DNA of 64,000 nt from an uncultured Clostridia bacterium (GCA_947628835.1 CANRBL010000004.1:214-64213); one strand, 5' to 3'. Counted from the first letter of the stretch, positions 10,334 to 20,716 are shown. Notes: a model not told the origin generated them from the sequence alone. Made by a program: numbers and translations.

Positions 10334-11293
10334 TTATTGAAATTTAGTTATATTGTCAATTTTTCCTGCAAAATAAGGTGTATCTTTTCCTTCTTCCTTT
10401 AAAAAGATTGCAAATGTATCATCTATCAAAAATTCTCTTACTTCATCAACCATCATTACCGATTCATTCTCTACCATCATTCCTGCTTCGCTTTTTATTT
10501 TTCCTCCTGTTCTATCTAATTCAAATTCTATTGTTTGAATTGCTTTTTCTATCTCATAAACATCTCCATTAGAAAATAAAAATTCTTTATTTTCTATCTC
10601 TGTAAATTCATTTTTCTCTTTTAGTTTTATATTTGGAATTTTCAATATTTCTCCTTCTTGAATTTTGCTATTCCCCTCATATTTTTCTTCTTGTTTTAAC
10701 ATATTATTATATATTTCATTAAAAGTTTTCCCTTGTGGATTTTTACATAAAATCACTTCATCTTCTTGTTTTGTCTTTAATTTTATTGCAAAATCATCTT
10801 TTGAATTATAATATAATACATTAACTTGATTTTTTAATTCTTCTGTTTCTTCTTTTATTCCAAAATATTTTATATTTTCATATTTTCCAAACTTACCTAA
10901 TTCTAAATCTTCAAATGCCTTTTCAAATTGAAATTCTTTTTTTAACATTGCATATAAGAAATAGTCTTTAGAATCTCTATTTTCCCACTCAAAATCATCT
11001 AAAATGTCGCTTGTTTCATTAAATTTATCTTTTATAGCTTTTTCTATTTCTTCCTTTAATTTAAGTGATGGAGTTCCTACCTTTTTGTAATAATATTTAT
11101 CTGAAATATCGCTTGTTTTAAATGTTTCTTTGTTTAAATTTTCTATTACCTTTAGTTGAGGACTAAAAACAATATCTTGCTTTGCTAAATCATTTTTCAA
11201 GTCATTCCAAATTAATTGAAACGTACCACACCATATTGTATCATCTTGAATTTCATCTTCTAATGATAAAACTGTTGTTATTCCGTTCTGCAT
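10334..11293 (-). CDS. Short serpin-like (I4 family-like) protein; 5' end probably displaced by a frameshift
   Basis: Three serpin-like elements: IVFSP near the N-terminus, hinge-like ELDRTGGKIKSEAGMMV, and a C-terminal F.IDDTFAIFLKE...YFAGKI pattern. No SD before ATG 11293. Confidence 0.45.
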   Translation of the reverse strand: MQNGITTVLSLEDEIQDDTIWCGTFQLIWNDLKNDLAKQDIVFSPQLKVIENLNKETFKTSDISDKYYYKKVGTPSLKLKEEIEKAIKDKFNETSDILDDFEWENRDSKDYFLYAMLKKEFQFEKAFEDLELGKFGKYENIKYFGIKEETEELKNQVNVLYYNSKDDFAIKLKTKQEDEVILCKNPQGKTFNEIYNNMLKQEEKYEGNSKIQEGEILKIPNIKLKEKNEFTEIENKEFLFSNGDVYEIEKAIQTIEFELDRTGGKIKSEAGMMVENESVMMVDEVREFLIDDTFAIFLKEEGKDTPYFAGKIDNITKFQ

Positions 11294-11401
11294 TATAATG
11301 TTTTTGCTCTGTATTACTTTTATTTGTATTGTTATATATTTCTTTTAATAAAATTATTCCTACTATAATGATTAATATAATAATTTTTTTCTTCATAACA
11401 T

Positions 11402-12436
11402 CTACCCCTCCACATCATTTAATCTCATTTCTGGTATTCCAATATAGACATCTCTATCTCCATCTAAAGAATTTCGTTTTATAATTGTATAACTATCATA
11501 GAAATATATCATTGAACCACCCTCTTTATACATATCACTTACAATAATACTTTTAGAATCTCTTTCTGCTTGTTCAATTATTTTTTCCATTGTTACTTTA
11601 TCGTTTTTTAATGCTTCTATTAAATCCATTTTTTGATTATCTATTTCAATTATAGCACTATCTATACCATAATAATATATGTCATAATCATATTTGTTTT
11701 TTAATTCATCTACTGTAATTTTTTTCTTTTCTATATTTTCACTTTTTTGTATTTCTAATAAATAATTAAACTCATAATCGTTTATTATCTCGTAGTTTTT
11801 ATAATACCCAATAACATAAGGTCCTTTTAAATCTCCTTCTACATCTTCCATCAAGTATATAGAGAATTTTTCATCTGATTCATCTATTCTTAAATCTCTA
11901 AAATTACCATACCTATAAGTTCTATCTTCTTCACCTGCCCATTTATCTCTAGTCGAATCAAGACAATACCTAAAACTTTTATTTCCTTCAAAATTGACAT
12001 CTGTTATTAGCATATCTCCTTCTTCACTAAAGGAAATACATCTTACAAAATCTGGTATATTATTATTTACATTTTCCAGAAATTTATCTAATTCATCTTT
12101 ATTATATATTTTATGACTATTAGATGATATTACACAATTATCCCTTATAGCTTGAATAAAACTATAATCTTTTGGAAGTTCCTCTATTTTGGTCTTATAT
12201 TGTATTTCTGTTTGAATATCATCTAGTAAACTATTTACTTTCAAATCTTTATTTACTTCAACTTTATACCCTAGTCCATAATATATTTGATTTGATAAAG
12301 TATCGTTTTTTGATTTTTCAATAACAAATATTGGCTCTTTTAAATTAGCACATCTATTATAGTCTATAATAAATATTACTCCCCATATAATTAATAGTAT
12401 TACTATTCCTAATATTATTTTAACTTTTTTATTCAT
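11402..12436 (-). CDS. Membrane-anchored extracytoplasmic protein of unknown function
   Basis: ATG 12436 follows AAAGGTGG (the track start at 12445 is GTG). It has one N-terminal TM helix (IILGIVILLIIWGVIFII). Lies between the sigma gene and the serpin-like gene. Confidence 0.55.
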   Translation of the reverse strand: MNKKVKIILGIVILLIIWGVIFIIDYNRCANLKEPIFVIEKSKNDTLSNQIYYGLGYKVEVNKDLKVNSLLDDIQTEIQYKTKIEELPKDYSFIQAIRDNCVISSNSHKIYNKDELDKFLENVNNNIPDFVRCISFSEEGDMLITDVNFEGNKSFRYCLDSTRDKWAGEEDRTYRYGNFRDLRIDESDEKFSIYLMEDVEGDLKGPYVIGYYKNYEIINDYEFNYLLEIQKSENIEKKKITVDELKNKYDYDIYYYGIDSAIIEIDNQKMDLIEALKNDKVTMEKIIEQAERDSKSIIVSDMYKEGGSMIYFYDSYTIIKRNSLDGDRDVYIGIPEMRLNDVEG

Positions 12437-12460
12437 TCGTACCACCTTTTAACCTTTCTA

Positions 12461-13381
12461 TTATTTAGACGTTTTTTTCTTGCTCTTTGGTTGGTGTTTT
12501 ATGAAAAAAGTTGCACAAATTATAGTAATTATTAAAAAAATTGCAGAAATACTAAAAGAAGCAATTCCAAAATAGTTAGATATATTGTTTTCAGTTTCAT
12601 CTACAACAATAGTTTCTTGCTTATTGTTATCTTCTATAATTTGATTTTGTAGTTCTTCATTATATTTATCTTGAACCGCTTCTGTATATGATGATTTTGA
12701 TGTATCTTCTTTTTGCCTTTCTTCGGCTTGATCTAATGTTTCGTTTTTATTTTCTTCTACTTGTTCTTCTACTACTTCTTGTTTATTCATCATTTTATCT
12801 TTATTAAATAGTGTTTTTAATCCAATTATAAATGTTACTATAAACATACCTAGATTGCTCAATAACATTTTGATTGTATTAACTGCTTTATAATATCTCC
12901 ATTTTACTGTTCCAGATGGCTCATTTAATAATTTACTAATTTCTTTAAATGAGAAATTTCCTAATATTTTGAGTGATATTATTTGCTTTTCTTTATTATT
13001 TAATTTACTTATTAGCCTATTATAACTATCACAATCTATAATCTTGTTTATCTCATTATCATTATTTTCTATTTCATATATATTTTCTAAACTTATAGAA
13101 TCTTCCTTTTTTCTCAAAAATGTTATAGCTTCATTTTTAGTTAATGTATATATCCAACTTACTTCTTTTTCTGTAGGTAGCTTTTCTTTACTAATTTTAT
13201 ATATTTTTGAAAATACGATTTGTACTATATCTTCAGAATCTGCTTTGTTTTTTAAAATACTAAAAGCGATTCCATATATCAATCTGTTATATTTAGTATA
13301 TAGATTTTCAAAAGCTTTTTTGTTACCACATTTTAATTCAATAAATAATCCTTTTAGTTCTACTTCATTTATTTTTACCAT
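12461..13381 (-). CDS. ECF-type sigma-70 family factor fused to a two-TM C-terminal extension
   Basis: Region 2-like (DIVQIVFSKIYK ... WIYTLTKNEAITFLRK) and region 4 HTH (FSFKEISKLLNEPSGTVKWRYYKA). These are followed by TM1 (~aa 172-192), an acidic ~70-aa loop, TM2 (~270-294) and a Lys-rich tail. Confidence 0.7.
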   Translation of the reverse strand: MVKINEVELKGLFIELKCGNKKAFENLYTKYNRLIYGIAFSILKNKADSEDIVQIVFSKIYKISKEKLPTEKEVSWIYTLTKNEAITFLRKKEDSISLENIYEIENNDNEINKIIDCDSYNRLISKLNNKEKQIISLKILGNFSFKEISKLLNEPSGTVKWRYYKAVNTIKMLLSNLGMFIVTFIIGLKTLFNKDKMMNKQEVVEEQVEENKNETLDQAEERQKEDTSKSSYTEAVQDKYNEELQNQIIEDNNKQETIVVDETENNISNYFGIASFSISAIFLIITIICATFFIKHQPKSKKKTSK

Positions 13382-13435
13382 ATATAAGTTGCTCCTTTTA
13401 TCTCAACTTTATATTTTTCATGTAATCACATTTAC

Positions 13436-14614
13436 TCATATCGTATTTTTCAATTTACCAAAATATTTTTTATCCCATACTTCCATATTTAGTTTTGTTT
13501 TGTTAATATAGTCTTTCTTTATATCATCTAATTTTGATTTTTCTCTTTGGCTAAATATATTAATATAAGATGTTGCAATTATTTTTATCATTTGTTTTAT
13601 CATTTCTTTATCTTCTTTTGCTATTTCTCCATATTTTTTTAGTATTTTTGGAAGATTAATTGATATATTTTTTGACATCTCTCCAAAAGTTTCGCTATCT
13701 GTTGAATAAAACAATTCAAATATTGCATCTATTACAATTTTCCTCTGCTCATTTGTTGTTAATTCTATCCATTCTGTCATCGTCTTATCAATGTCCTCAC
13801 TTATATCTGTATTTTTCTCAGAATGAATTAAATCATCTCTTAAAACTTGCCAAGAATAAATATCATGTTGTAAAATTCCTTTTTCCAAACTCAATGCTAT
13901 TGTCATTTTTTCTTTGTGATTTAATAGTCTTCCAATGATTGAATCTTGTGGGATATATGTTTCTATTTTAGATATAATTTCATCATTATTGTATTTATTA
14001 ATTATGTTTTTATTAAATCCTGGCCCATCATAGTTGTAAACTTTTATTATTCTATTTTTTAATTTTTTTGAAGTAGTTATTGCAGAATATATCGCAACAT
14101 TTCCACCTTTTGAATGTCCTCCTATTCTTATTTTTTTATTAGGATATTTTTGTGCTATTTTTTCTATATACTTTTTTCCTTCTTTTTGGCAAGGAACATT
14201 TTCCATAAATGCCATATTAAAGTCTTCTTTCCACCCATAAATAGAACTATCAGTTCCTATATAAGAAATATACATTTCTTCTTCTGATATATGAATTGTA
14301 ATAGCACCAAATTGTTGCTCTATTTCTTTATCATTAGTTTGTACATAATCTGTAACTATCATATTCTTGAATCTCTTGCTTTCACCTAAATAAGTAATCA
14401 ATTCCTTATCACCATTATATCTAAATTCCTCATTTTCAAAATCTTTCATTTTTTTAGAAATAGATTCTATTGTTTCCTTTTCATTCATTTCTATTTTATC
14501 AAAAATTAAATATGAAAATCTTGCTAGAATTATACTATCAATCTCATTAAATCTGAATTCTTCATTAATTGGAATATCGCCTCTCCATAATAAATAATCG
14601 TTAATATTTGCCAT
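13436..14614 (-). CDS. Alpha/beta-hydrolase-like protein (DUF2974/Mbeg1-like)
   Basis: 392 aa with the nucleophile elbow GGHSKGGNVAIYSA. GGAG RBS. Confidence 0.6.
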   Translation of the reverse strand: MANINDYLLWRGDIPINEEFRFNEIDSIILARFSYLIFDKIEMNEKETIESISKKMKDFENEEFRYNGDKELITYLGESKRFKNMIVTDYVQTNDKEIEQQFGAITIHISEEEMYISYIGTDSSIYGWKEDFNMAFMENVPCQKEGKKYIEKIAQKYPNKKIRIGGHSKGGNVAIYSAITTSKKLKNRIIKVYNYDGPGFNKNIINKYNNDEIISKIETYIPQDSIIGRLLNHKEKMTIALSLEKGILQHDIYSWQVLRDDLIHSEKNTDISEDIDKTMTEWIELTTNEQRKIVIDAIFELFYSTDSETFGEMSKNISINLPKILKKYGEIAKEDKEMIKQMIKIIATSYINIFSQREKSKLDDIKKDYINKTKLNMEVWDKKYFGKLKNTI

Positions 14615-14656
14615 TTTTTTCTCCTTTTTTATGAGCAGTAATTGTTAAAATAAAAG

Positions 14657-15154
14657 TCAATAATCTATGAATAAACTAATCTCATTATTTTTTAAGCTTT
14701 GTTGTACATTTATGACTCTCTGATTTGATGAACCTTTCCACTTTAAAGTAAAGTCATGTAATTCATCTTTATAAGTTCCATCAACTAAAACGTCAATATA
14801 TTTTACTACTTCTTTATCTTTTAAATCTTCATCAAATTTAAAGCCAGACCATACCCACAAACTCTTATTAGGATATTTTTCTTTAAATGCTTTTGCAAGT
14901 TTTGTTGTTGCTTCAATATTTTTTGGGTGCATTGGCTCTCCCCCTAAAATTGATAATCCCTTAATATGTTTTTTACTACATAAATCAAGAACTTTATTTA
15001 TTGTATCATCATTAAATTCTTTTCCTCCTTCAAAACTCCAAGTTTCTTGATTAAAACAATTTTTACAATGAAAGCTACAGCCTTGCATAAATATTGAAAC
15101 TCTAACTCCTGGTCCATTTGATATATCCATCTCTCTAATTAAATTATATCTCAT
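14657..15154 (-). CDS. nrdG: Anaerobic ribonucleotide reductase activating protein (radical SAM)
   Basis: GPGVRVSIFMQGCSFHCKNCFN cluster motif. The start overlaps the nrdD stop. Confidence 0.9.
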   Translation of the reverse strand: MRYNLIREMDISNGPGVRVSIFMQGCSFHCKNCFNQETWSFEGGKEFNDDTINKVLDLCSKKHIKGLSILGGEPMHPKNIEATTKLAKAFKEKYPNKSLWVWSGFKFDEDLKDKEVVKYIDVLVDGTYKDELHDFTLKWKGSSNQRVINVQQSLKNNEISLFIDY

Positions 15155-17349
15155 TATTCTTTAACCACCTTATTATCTAAATGTAATACCCTTTCTTTAA
15201 TCTCTTGTGTTCTCCCTTTGTTCCAAAAATTAGTACCTATATATCCGCATGTTCTCCTTGCTACATTTAATGTATTATGATCTCTATTTCCACAATTAGG
15301 ACAATACCATTCCATATTTTCATCTATTAAAATTTCTCCGTCAAATCCACATTTTTGGCAATAATCAGATTTAGTATTTAATTCTGCATACATAATATTA
15401 TCATATATAAATTGTATTACTTCAATAATTGCATCAATATTATTTTGTAAATTAGGTGTTTCAATATATGAAATTGCTCCACCTGGACTTAATTTTTGGA
15501 ATTCACTTTCTAAAGCTAATTTTGAAAATGCATCAATTTCTTCAAATACAGGTACATGATATGAATTAGTTATATAATCTCTATCTGTAATTCCTTTTAT
15601 TATTCCAAATCTTTCTCTTAAACATTTTGAAAATTTGTATGTAGTAGATTCTATTGGTGTACCATAAACTGAATAATCTATATCTTCATCTTCTTTCCAT
15701 CTTTTTGTTGCATCATTTAAATGTTGCATTATTTCTAACCCTAATTCTTTTCCTTCTCCATTGTCAGTATGAGAATGACCTGTCATATATTTTACACATT
15801 CATATAGACCCGCATATCCTAATGAAATAGTAGAATATCCATGATGTAATAATTCGTGTATAGATTCTCCTTCATCTAATCTTGCCAATGCTCCATTTTG
15901 CCATAAAATTGGTGCTACATCACTTGTTACATTACTTAACCTTTTATGTCTTATTTGCAATGCTTTATGACACAACTCTAATCTTTCATCAAATATTTTC
16001 CAAAATTTATCCATATCTTTGTCTGAAGAAAGAGCTACATCTGGTAAATTTATAGTAACAACACCTTGATTAAATCTACCATAATATTTTCCCTTTCCTT
16101 TAACATAATTTTTAGCTTTAGCTATATTTCCTACACTCATAGTTCTGTCTGGTGTAAGGAACGAACGACATCCCATACATGGATAGCAATCTCCATCTCC
16201 ATAACCATTTTTCTTTAATTCTAGCATTACTTTTTCTGATATATAATCAGGCACCATTCTTTTGGCTGTACATTTTGCTGCAAGTTCTGTTAAATACCAA
16301 TATTTGCTATCTTTATGTATATTATCTTCTTCTAAAATATATAAAAGTTTTGGAAATGCCGGAGTAATATATACTCCTTTTTTATTTTTAAATCCTAATA
16401 TTCTCTGTCTTAAAAATTCTTCAATTATTAGTGCAAGTTCATCTTTGTATTCTTCCGTTTCTCCTAAATACATACATACTGACAAAAATGGGGCTTGGCC
16501 ATTCGTATTTGTCATTGAATTAACTTGATAATTAAATGTTTGTACTCCATCTTGTACTTCCTTTTTTGTATCTTCTATTGCAAAATTTTTACAATCTTCT
16601 TCCTTTAAATTTCGTTTTTTATACTTTTCATAGTATTTATTATAACTATCTCTTACAAATGGTGCTAAATGCGAAAGTGATACTGTTGCCCCACCATAAC
16701 TTGAAGATGTAACTGCAAGTATTATTTGAGTAGCAATAGTTGCTGCTGTAATAAATCTATGTGGTTTTTCTATCATTACTCCATTAATATTTGTTCCATT
16801 TTGTAACATATCATCTAAATTAATTAATTCACAATTATGTAAAGCATTTTGAGCAAAATAATCTGCATCATGAAAATGTATAATTCCTTCATCATGTGCT
16901 TTTACTATATCTTCTGGAAGTAAAAATCTTTTCGTAATATCTGTACTCGTAATTCCTGCTAAATAATCTCTTTGTGTTGTTACCACTTTCGCATTTTTAT
17001 TAGAATTTTCACTATTCCAATATTCATTTTCTCCTTCAATTAATTCTTTAATTGTTTGATCTGTAGTATTAGCTTTTCTTACTAACTCCCTTGTATATCT
17101 ATATGTAATATATTTTTTTGCTAGTTTATATTTATCAAACTCCATTAATTTTTCTTCTATTATATCTTGAATATCTTCCACTAAAATTCTTTTTTTATTT
17201 AGTTCCTCTATATATTGTATAATTTGCTCAATTTCTTCCTTTGATGCTTTTTCTTTACCTTTTACTTCACTATTTGCTTTTCCTATTGCTACTCTTATTT
17301 TTTCTGGATTATATTCTACTATATGGCCATCTCTTTTTATAATTTTCAT
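15154..17349 (-). CDS. nrdD: Anaerobic ribonucleoside-triphosphate reductase
   Basis: ATP-cone N-terminus (MKIIKRDG). C-terminal zinc ribbon CQKCG...CPNCG and glycyl-radical motif RRTCGYIG. ATG 17349 follows a GGAAGGAAAG SD; the track start at 17370 is TTG. Confidence 0.92.
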   Translation of the reverse strand: MKIIKRDGHIVEYNPEKIRVAIGKANSEVKGKEKASKEEIEQIIQYIEELNKKRILVEDIQDIIEEKLMEFDKYKLAKKYITYRYTRELVRKANTTDQTIKELIEGENEYWNSENSNKNAKVVTTQRDYLAGITSTDITKRFLLPEDIVKAHDEGIIHFHDADYFAQNALHNCELINLDDMLQNGTNINGVMIEKPHRFITAATIATQIILAVTSSSYGGATVSLSHLAPFVRDSYNKYYEKYKKRNLKEEDCKNFAIEDTKKEVQDGVQTFNYQVNSMTNTNGQAPFLSVCMYLGETEEYKDELALIIEEFLRQRILGFKNKKGVYITPAFPKLLYILEEDNIHKDSKYWYLTELAAKCTAKRMVPDYISEKVMLELKKNGYGDGDCYPCMGCRSFLTPDRTMSVGNIAKAKNYVKGKGKYYGRFNQGVVTINLPDVALSSDKDMDKFWKIFDERLELCHKALQIRHKRLSNVTSDVAPILWQNGALARLDEGESIHELLHHGYSTISLGYAGLYECVKYMTGHSHTDNGEGKELGLEIMQHLNDATKRWKEDEDIDYSVYGTPIESTTYKFSKCLRERFGIIKGITDRDYITNSYHVPVFEEIDAFSKLALESEFQKLSPGGAISYIETPNLQNNIDAIIEVIQFIYDNIMYAELNTKSDYCQKCGFDGEILIDENMEWYCPNCGNRDHNTLNVARRTCGYIGTNFWNKGRTQEIKERVLHLDNKVVKE

Positions 17350-17486
17350 TTTTATCACTTTCCTTCCCAAGGCACAATTAAGTAAAAAAAATTATAACTT
17401 TATATATCTAAAATTATAATTATTTTTTGTTCCTTTAATATTTCAAAAATATTCTACCAATAATACAAGTAAATAAAAAGTTGCAC

Positions 17487-17515
17487 TTGCACCTTTTTAT
17501 AAAAAATGTTAAAAT
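17487..17515 (+). promoter_or_regulatory. Candidate sigma-A promoter for the Crp/Fnr-family gene
   Basis: TTGCAC (17487-17492), a 17-nt spacer, then extended -10 TGTTAAAAT (17507-17515), about 17 nt before ATG 17532. Confidence 0.4.
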
Positions 17516-17531
17516 TACTTTGGTGATAATT

Positions 17532-18164
17532 ATGAATAGTCCTTTTGCTAATTTATCAAAGGTTCAAATAAACAAATTATACGATTTATTGGGCTCACAT
17601 ATTTATAATTTCAATATAAATCAAGAAATTTTGCCAACCATAAAAAGCGAAAATATTGTTGGCATTATTTTAAATGGTCAAGCACAAATTATTAGTATAG
17701 AATATAATGGTAATGAAATAGTAATTGAAAATCTATTTAAAGATGATATCTTTGGTAGCAACATTTCATTAACAAATAATGAAAATTATCAAATAATTTC
17801 AAAAACTGATACTCAAATATTAGTTATTGATTATGACAAATTATTAAATCCTATCAATTTAAAATATAATTATTTTAATATTTTCTTTAGAAATTTATTT
17901 GATATTATTAATAATAAATTTAAAGAAAAAAATGAAAGAATAAGAGTATTAGAAAAGAAACAAATTAGAGAAAAATTATTGGAATATTTTGAACTCCAAC
18001 ACAAAAAAAGTCGTTTAAAAAATATTTATTTACCCGTTTCATTTAAAGATTTAGCAGACTATCTTGCTGTTAATAGATCTGCAATGTTTAGAGAATTAAA
18101 ACATTTAAAAGAGGAAAATCTTATTAAAATTAACAACAGAAAAATTACATTATTATACAAATAA
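17532..18164 (+). CDS. Crp/Fnr-family transcriptional regulator
   Basis: cNMP-binding-like beta-roll N-domain and C-terminal HTH (FKDLADYLAVNRSAMFRELKHLKEENLI). Divergent from nrdDG. The track start at 17481 is TTG. Confidence 0.7.
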   Translation: MNSPFANLSKVQINKLYDLLGSHIYNFNINQEILPTIKSENIVGIILNGQAQIISIEYNGNEIVIENLFKDDIFGSNISLTNNENYQIISKTDTQILVIDYDKLLNPINLKYNYFNIFFRNLFDIINNKFKEKNERIRVLEKKQIREKLLEYFELQHKKSRLKNIYLPVSFKDLADYLAVNRSAMFRELKHLKEENLIKINNRKITLLYK

Positions 18165-18230
18165 TAACATAATTTTCATTTCTATTTAAAAACTGAGGTT
18201 GTACATTACAATCTCAGTTTTCTGGTATAA

Positions 18231-20444
18231 TTAATCTAATTTTTTTATATTTTTTAATCTTATAGCATTTAATATAACTGTAATACTACTAAAAACCATA
18301 GCAAGACTTGCTAACATTGGATTAATTGAAATACCAAAAGGTGTTAATATTCCTATTGCTATTGGTATCATTAAACAATTATAAAAAAATGCCCAAAACA
18401 AATTTTGCTTAATATTACGTATTGTTTTTTTACTAATTTTTATTAATTTAAGAATACTTATTAAATCATTTTTAGTTAAAATAACATCAGATGAATCCAT
18501 TGCAATATCTGTTCCACTATTTACACTTACACCTATATCTGCACTTGCTAAAGCAGGACTATCATTAATTCCATCTCCACACATCATTACATATTTATTT
18601 TTTTCTTTTAATTCTTTTATCATTTTTGCCTTTTCAGATGGTAATACATTAGAAATAACTTTACTTATTCCAATTTTTTTTGCAATTTTTTCAGCTGTTT
18701 CTTTATTATCTCCTGTAAGCATAATAGTTTCTATTTTTCTTTTATTTAATTCTTCTATAACTTTTACTGCATTTTCTCTTACAATATCATTTACTCCAAT
18801 TAATGCTAATATTTTATTTGCATTTGCTACATATATAATACTATTTCCCATTTTTGTAAGTTCTTCTTCATCTTTACCATATATATTGTCAATATCATAT
18901 TTTTTTAAAATTTTCAAATTACCAAGTATATATTCCTCATTATTTACTTTTCCTACAACACCAAAACCTGATAAATTTTCAAATTCTGACACTTCTAATT
19001 TTTTGATATTATTTTCTTCTAAATATAGTTCAAATGCTTTGCCTATAGGATGAGTTGATTTACTTTCAATACTTCCTATTATTTGTAACAATTTATTTGT
19101 TTCTATATTACTATAATTTTTTATCTCTGAAATTTTTAAAGTTCCATATGTTAATGTCCCTGTTTTGTCAAATACAATTGTGTCAACTTTTTGTGCATTT
19201 TCAAGTATTTCACTTTTCTTTACTAAAATACCATTACTTGCACATAAACCTTCTGACACAACAATTGCAAGTGGTGTTGCTAAACCTAAACTACATGGAC
19301 ACGCTACAACTAATATTGTAACAAATCTTACTAAGCTACTTGAAAATTCATACCCCATTATTAAATAGATAATGAATGTTAATATAGCTATTAATATAAC
19401 AGTTGGTACAAAATACCCTGAAACAGTATCTGCTATTTTAGCTATTGGAGCTTTTGTATTGCTTGCCTCTACTACTAATCTTACAATTTCTGATATTGTA
19501 GATTCTTTTCCTATTCTTTCTGCTTTATATTCAATATATCCATCATAATTTATACTTCCTGCAATAACTTTATCTCCCTTTACTTTATTAGATGGCTTAC
19601 TTTCTCCTGTTATAAAAGATTCATCAAAATGTGCTGTTCCTACTAGTATTTCTCCATCAACTGCAATTTTTTCTCCTGGTTTACTAATAACAATATTTCC
19701 CTTATGTATCTCATCTAAAGTAACCTGTTTTTCTTTTCCATCTACTTTTATCGTAGCTTGGTTTGGCGTCATTTTAACCAATTTTTGAATAGCTTCCTTT
19801 GTTTTATCTGTGCTAATACCATCTAAATATCTACCTAATTTTATGAAATATATAACAATAGCAGTAGACTCAAAATATAAATTATGAATATACTCTAAAT
19901 TTCCATTTAAAATCATAATCATACTATAAATACTATATAAAAAACTACTCAATACTCCAATTCCTACTAATGTATCCATATTTGGAGTTTTATGTATTAA
20001 ATTTTTGTACCCATTTTTTAAAATATCATAACCATAAATTATAAAAACTACAGCAAATAAAAATAAACATATTGTATAATTTATTGGATTATTTTTCATA
20101 TTTAAAAAATTAACAATAGGTAAATTTATCATATGGCCCATAGATATATACATTAATATTATTGCCAAAAAAGTAAAAATAATAAATTTTGTTTTTTCTT
20201 TTTTATTTTTGTTTTGTATATTTATTTCTTTAAATTCACCTAAACTTTTAAATCCTGCTTGTTTTACATATTCATCTATTTTATTTTTTTCCAATATATT
20301 TTCATCATAAATAATAGTAGCATTTGCCATAACTAAATTAACATTTGCCTCAATTATTCCATTTTGCTTATTTAAATATTTTTCAAGACCATTTGAACAT
20401 GCAGAACATGTCATTCCATCTATTGATAAAATTATCTTTTTCAT
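18231..20444 (-). CDS. copA: Copper-translocating P1B-type ATPase
   Basis: HMA domain (MTCSACSNGLEKYL), CPC motif (ACPCSLGLATP), DKTGT and GDGINDSPAL. ATG 20444 is preferred over the GTG at 20453. Confidence 0.9.
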   Translation of the reverse strand: MKKIILSIDGMTCSACSNGLEKYLNKQNGIIEANVNLVMANATIIYDENILEKNKIDEYVKQAGFKSLGEFKEINIQNKNKKEKTKFIIFTFLAIILMYISMGHMINLPIVNFLNMKNNPINYTICLFLFAVVFIIYGYDILKNGYKNLIHKTPNMDTLVGIGVLSSFLYSIYSMIMILNGNLEYIHNLYFESTAIVIYFIKLGRYLDGISTDKTKEAIQKLVKMTPNQATIKVDGKEKQVTLDEIHKGNIVISKPGEKIAVDGEILVGTAHFDESFITGESKPSNKVKGDKVIAGSINYDGYIEYKAERIGKESTISEIVRLVVEASNTKAPIAKIADTVSGYFVPTVILIAILTFIIYLIMGYEFSSSLVRFVTILVVACPCSLGLATPLAIVVSEGLCASNGILVKKSEILENAQKVDTIVFDKTGTLTYGTLKISEIKNYSNIETNKLLQIIGSIESKSTHPIGKAFELYLEENNIKKLEVSEFENLSGFGVVGKVNNEEYILGNLKILKKYDIDNIYGKDEEELTKMGNSIIYVANANKILALIGVNDIVRENAVKVIEELNKRKIETIMLTGDNKETAEKIAKKIGISKVISNVLPSEKAKMIKELKEKNKYVMMCGDGINDSPALASADIGVSVNSGTDIAMDSSDVILTKNDLISILKLIKISKKTIRNIKQNLFWAFFYNCLMIPIAIGILTPFGISINPMLASLAMVFSSITVILNAIRLKNIKKLD

Positions 20445-20472
20445 TATTATCACATTCTTTCTAATGCCAAAT

Positions 20473-20682
20473 TTAATCTTTTACTACTTCAAATCCAATA
20501 TCATCAATTTTTTCTTCTATAACCGTATTATCTATTTCTTTATTGGTTTTTACTGTAACAATACCAGTTTCATGGTTTGCTTCTACACTTTCTATTCCAT
20601 CTATTGTAGATAAAGCATTCTTCACTCTGTTTTCACAACCTTCACATACCATTCCATTTACCTTTATTTTTATTTCTTCCAT
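20473..20682 (-). CDS. copZ: Copper chaperone (HMA domain)
   Basis: 69 aa with the MVCEGCENRV metal-binding motif. Directly upstream of copA. Confidence 0.85.
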   Translation of the reverse strand: MEEIKIKVNGMVCEGCENRVKNALSTIDGIESVEANHETGIVTVKTNKEIDNTVIEEKIDDIGFEVVKD

Positions 20683-20716
20683 TTAATATACTTCCTTTCT
20701 TTTATTAATATTTAAA

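Noticed and set aside
17350-17486. NrdR box or cobalamin riboswitch upstream of nrdD
   Set aside because: The spacer is too short and AT-rich for a B12 riboswitch. The tatata-centred segment (aactttatatatctaaaa) lacks the conserved outer CAC/GTG arms of NrdR boxes.
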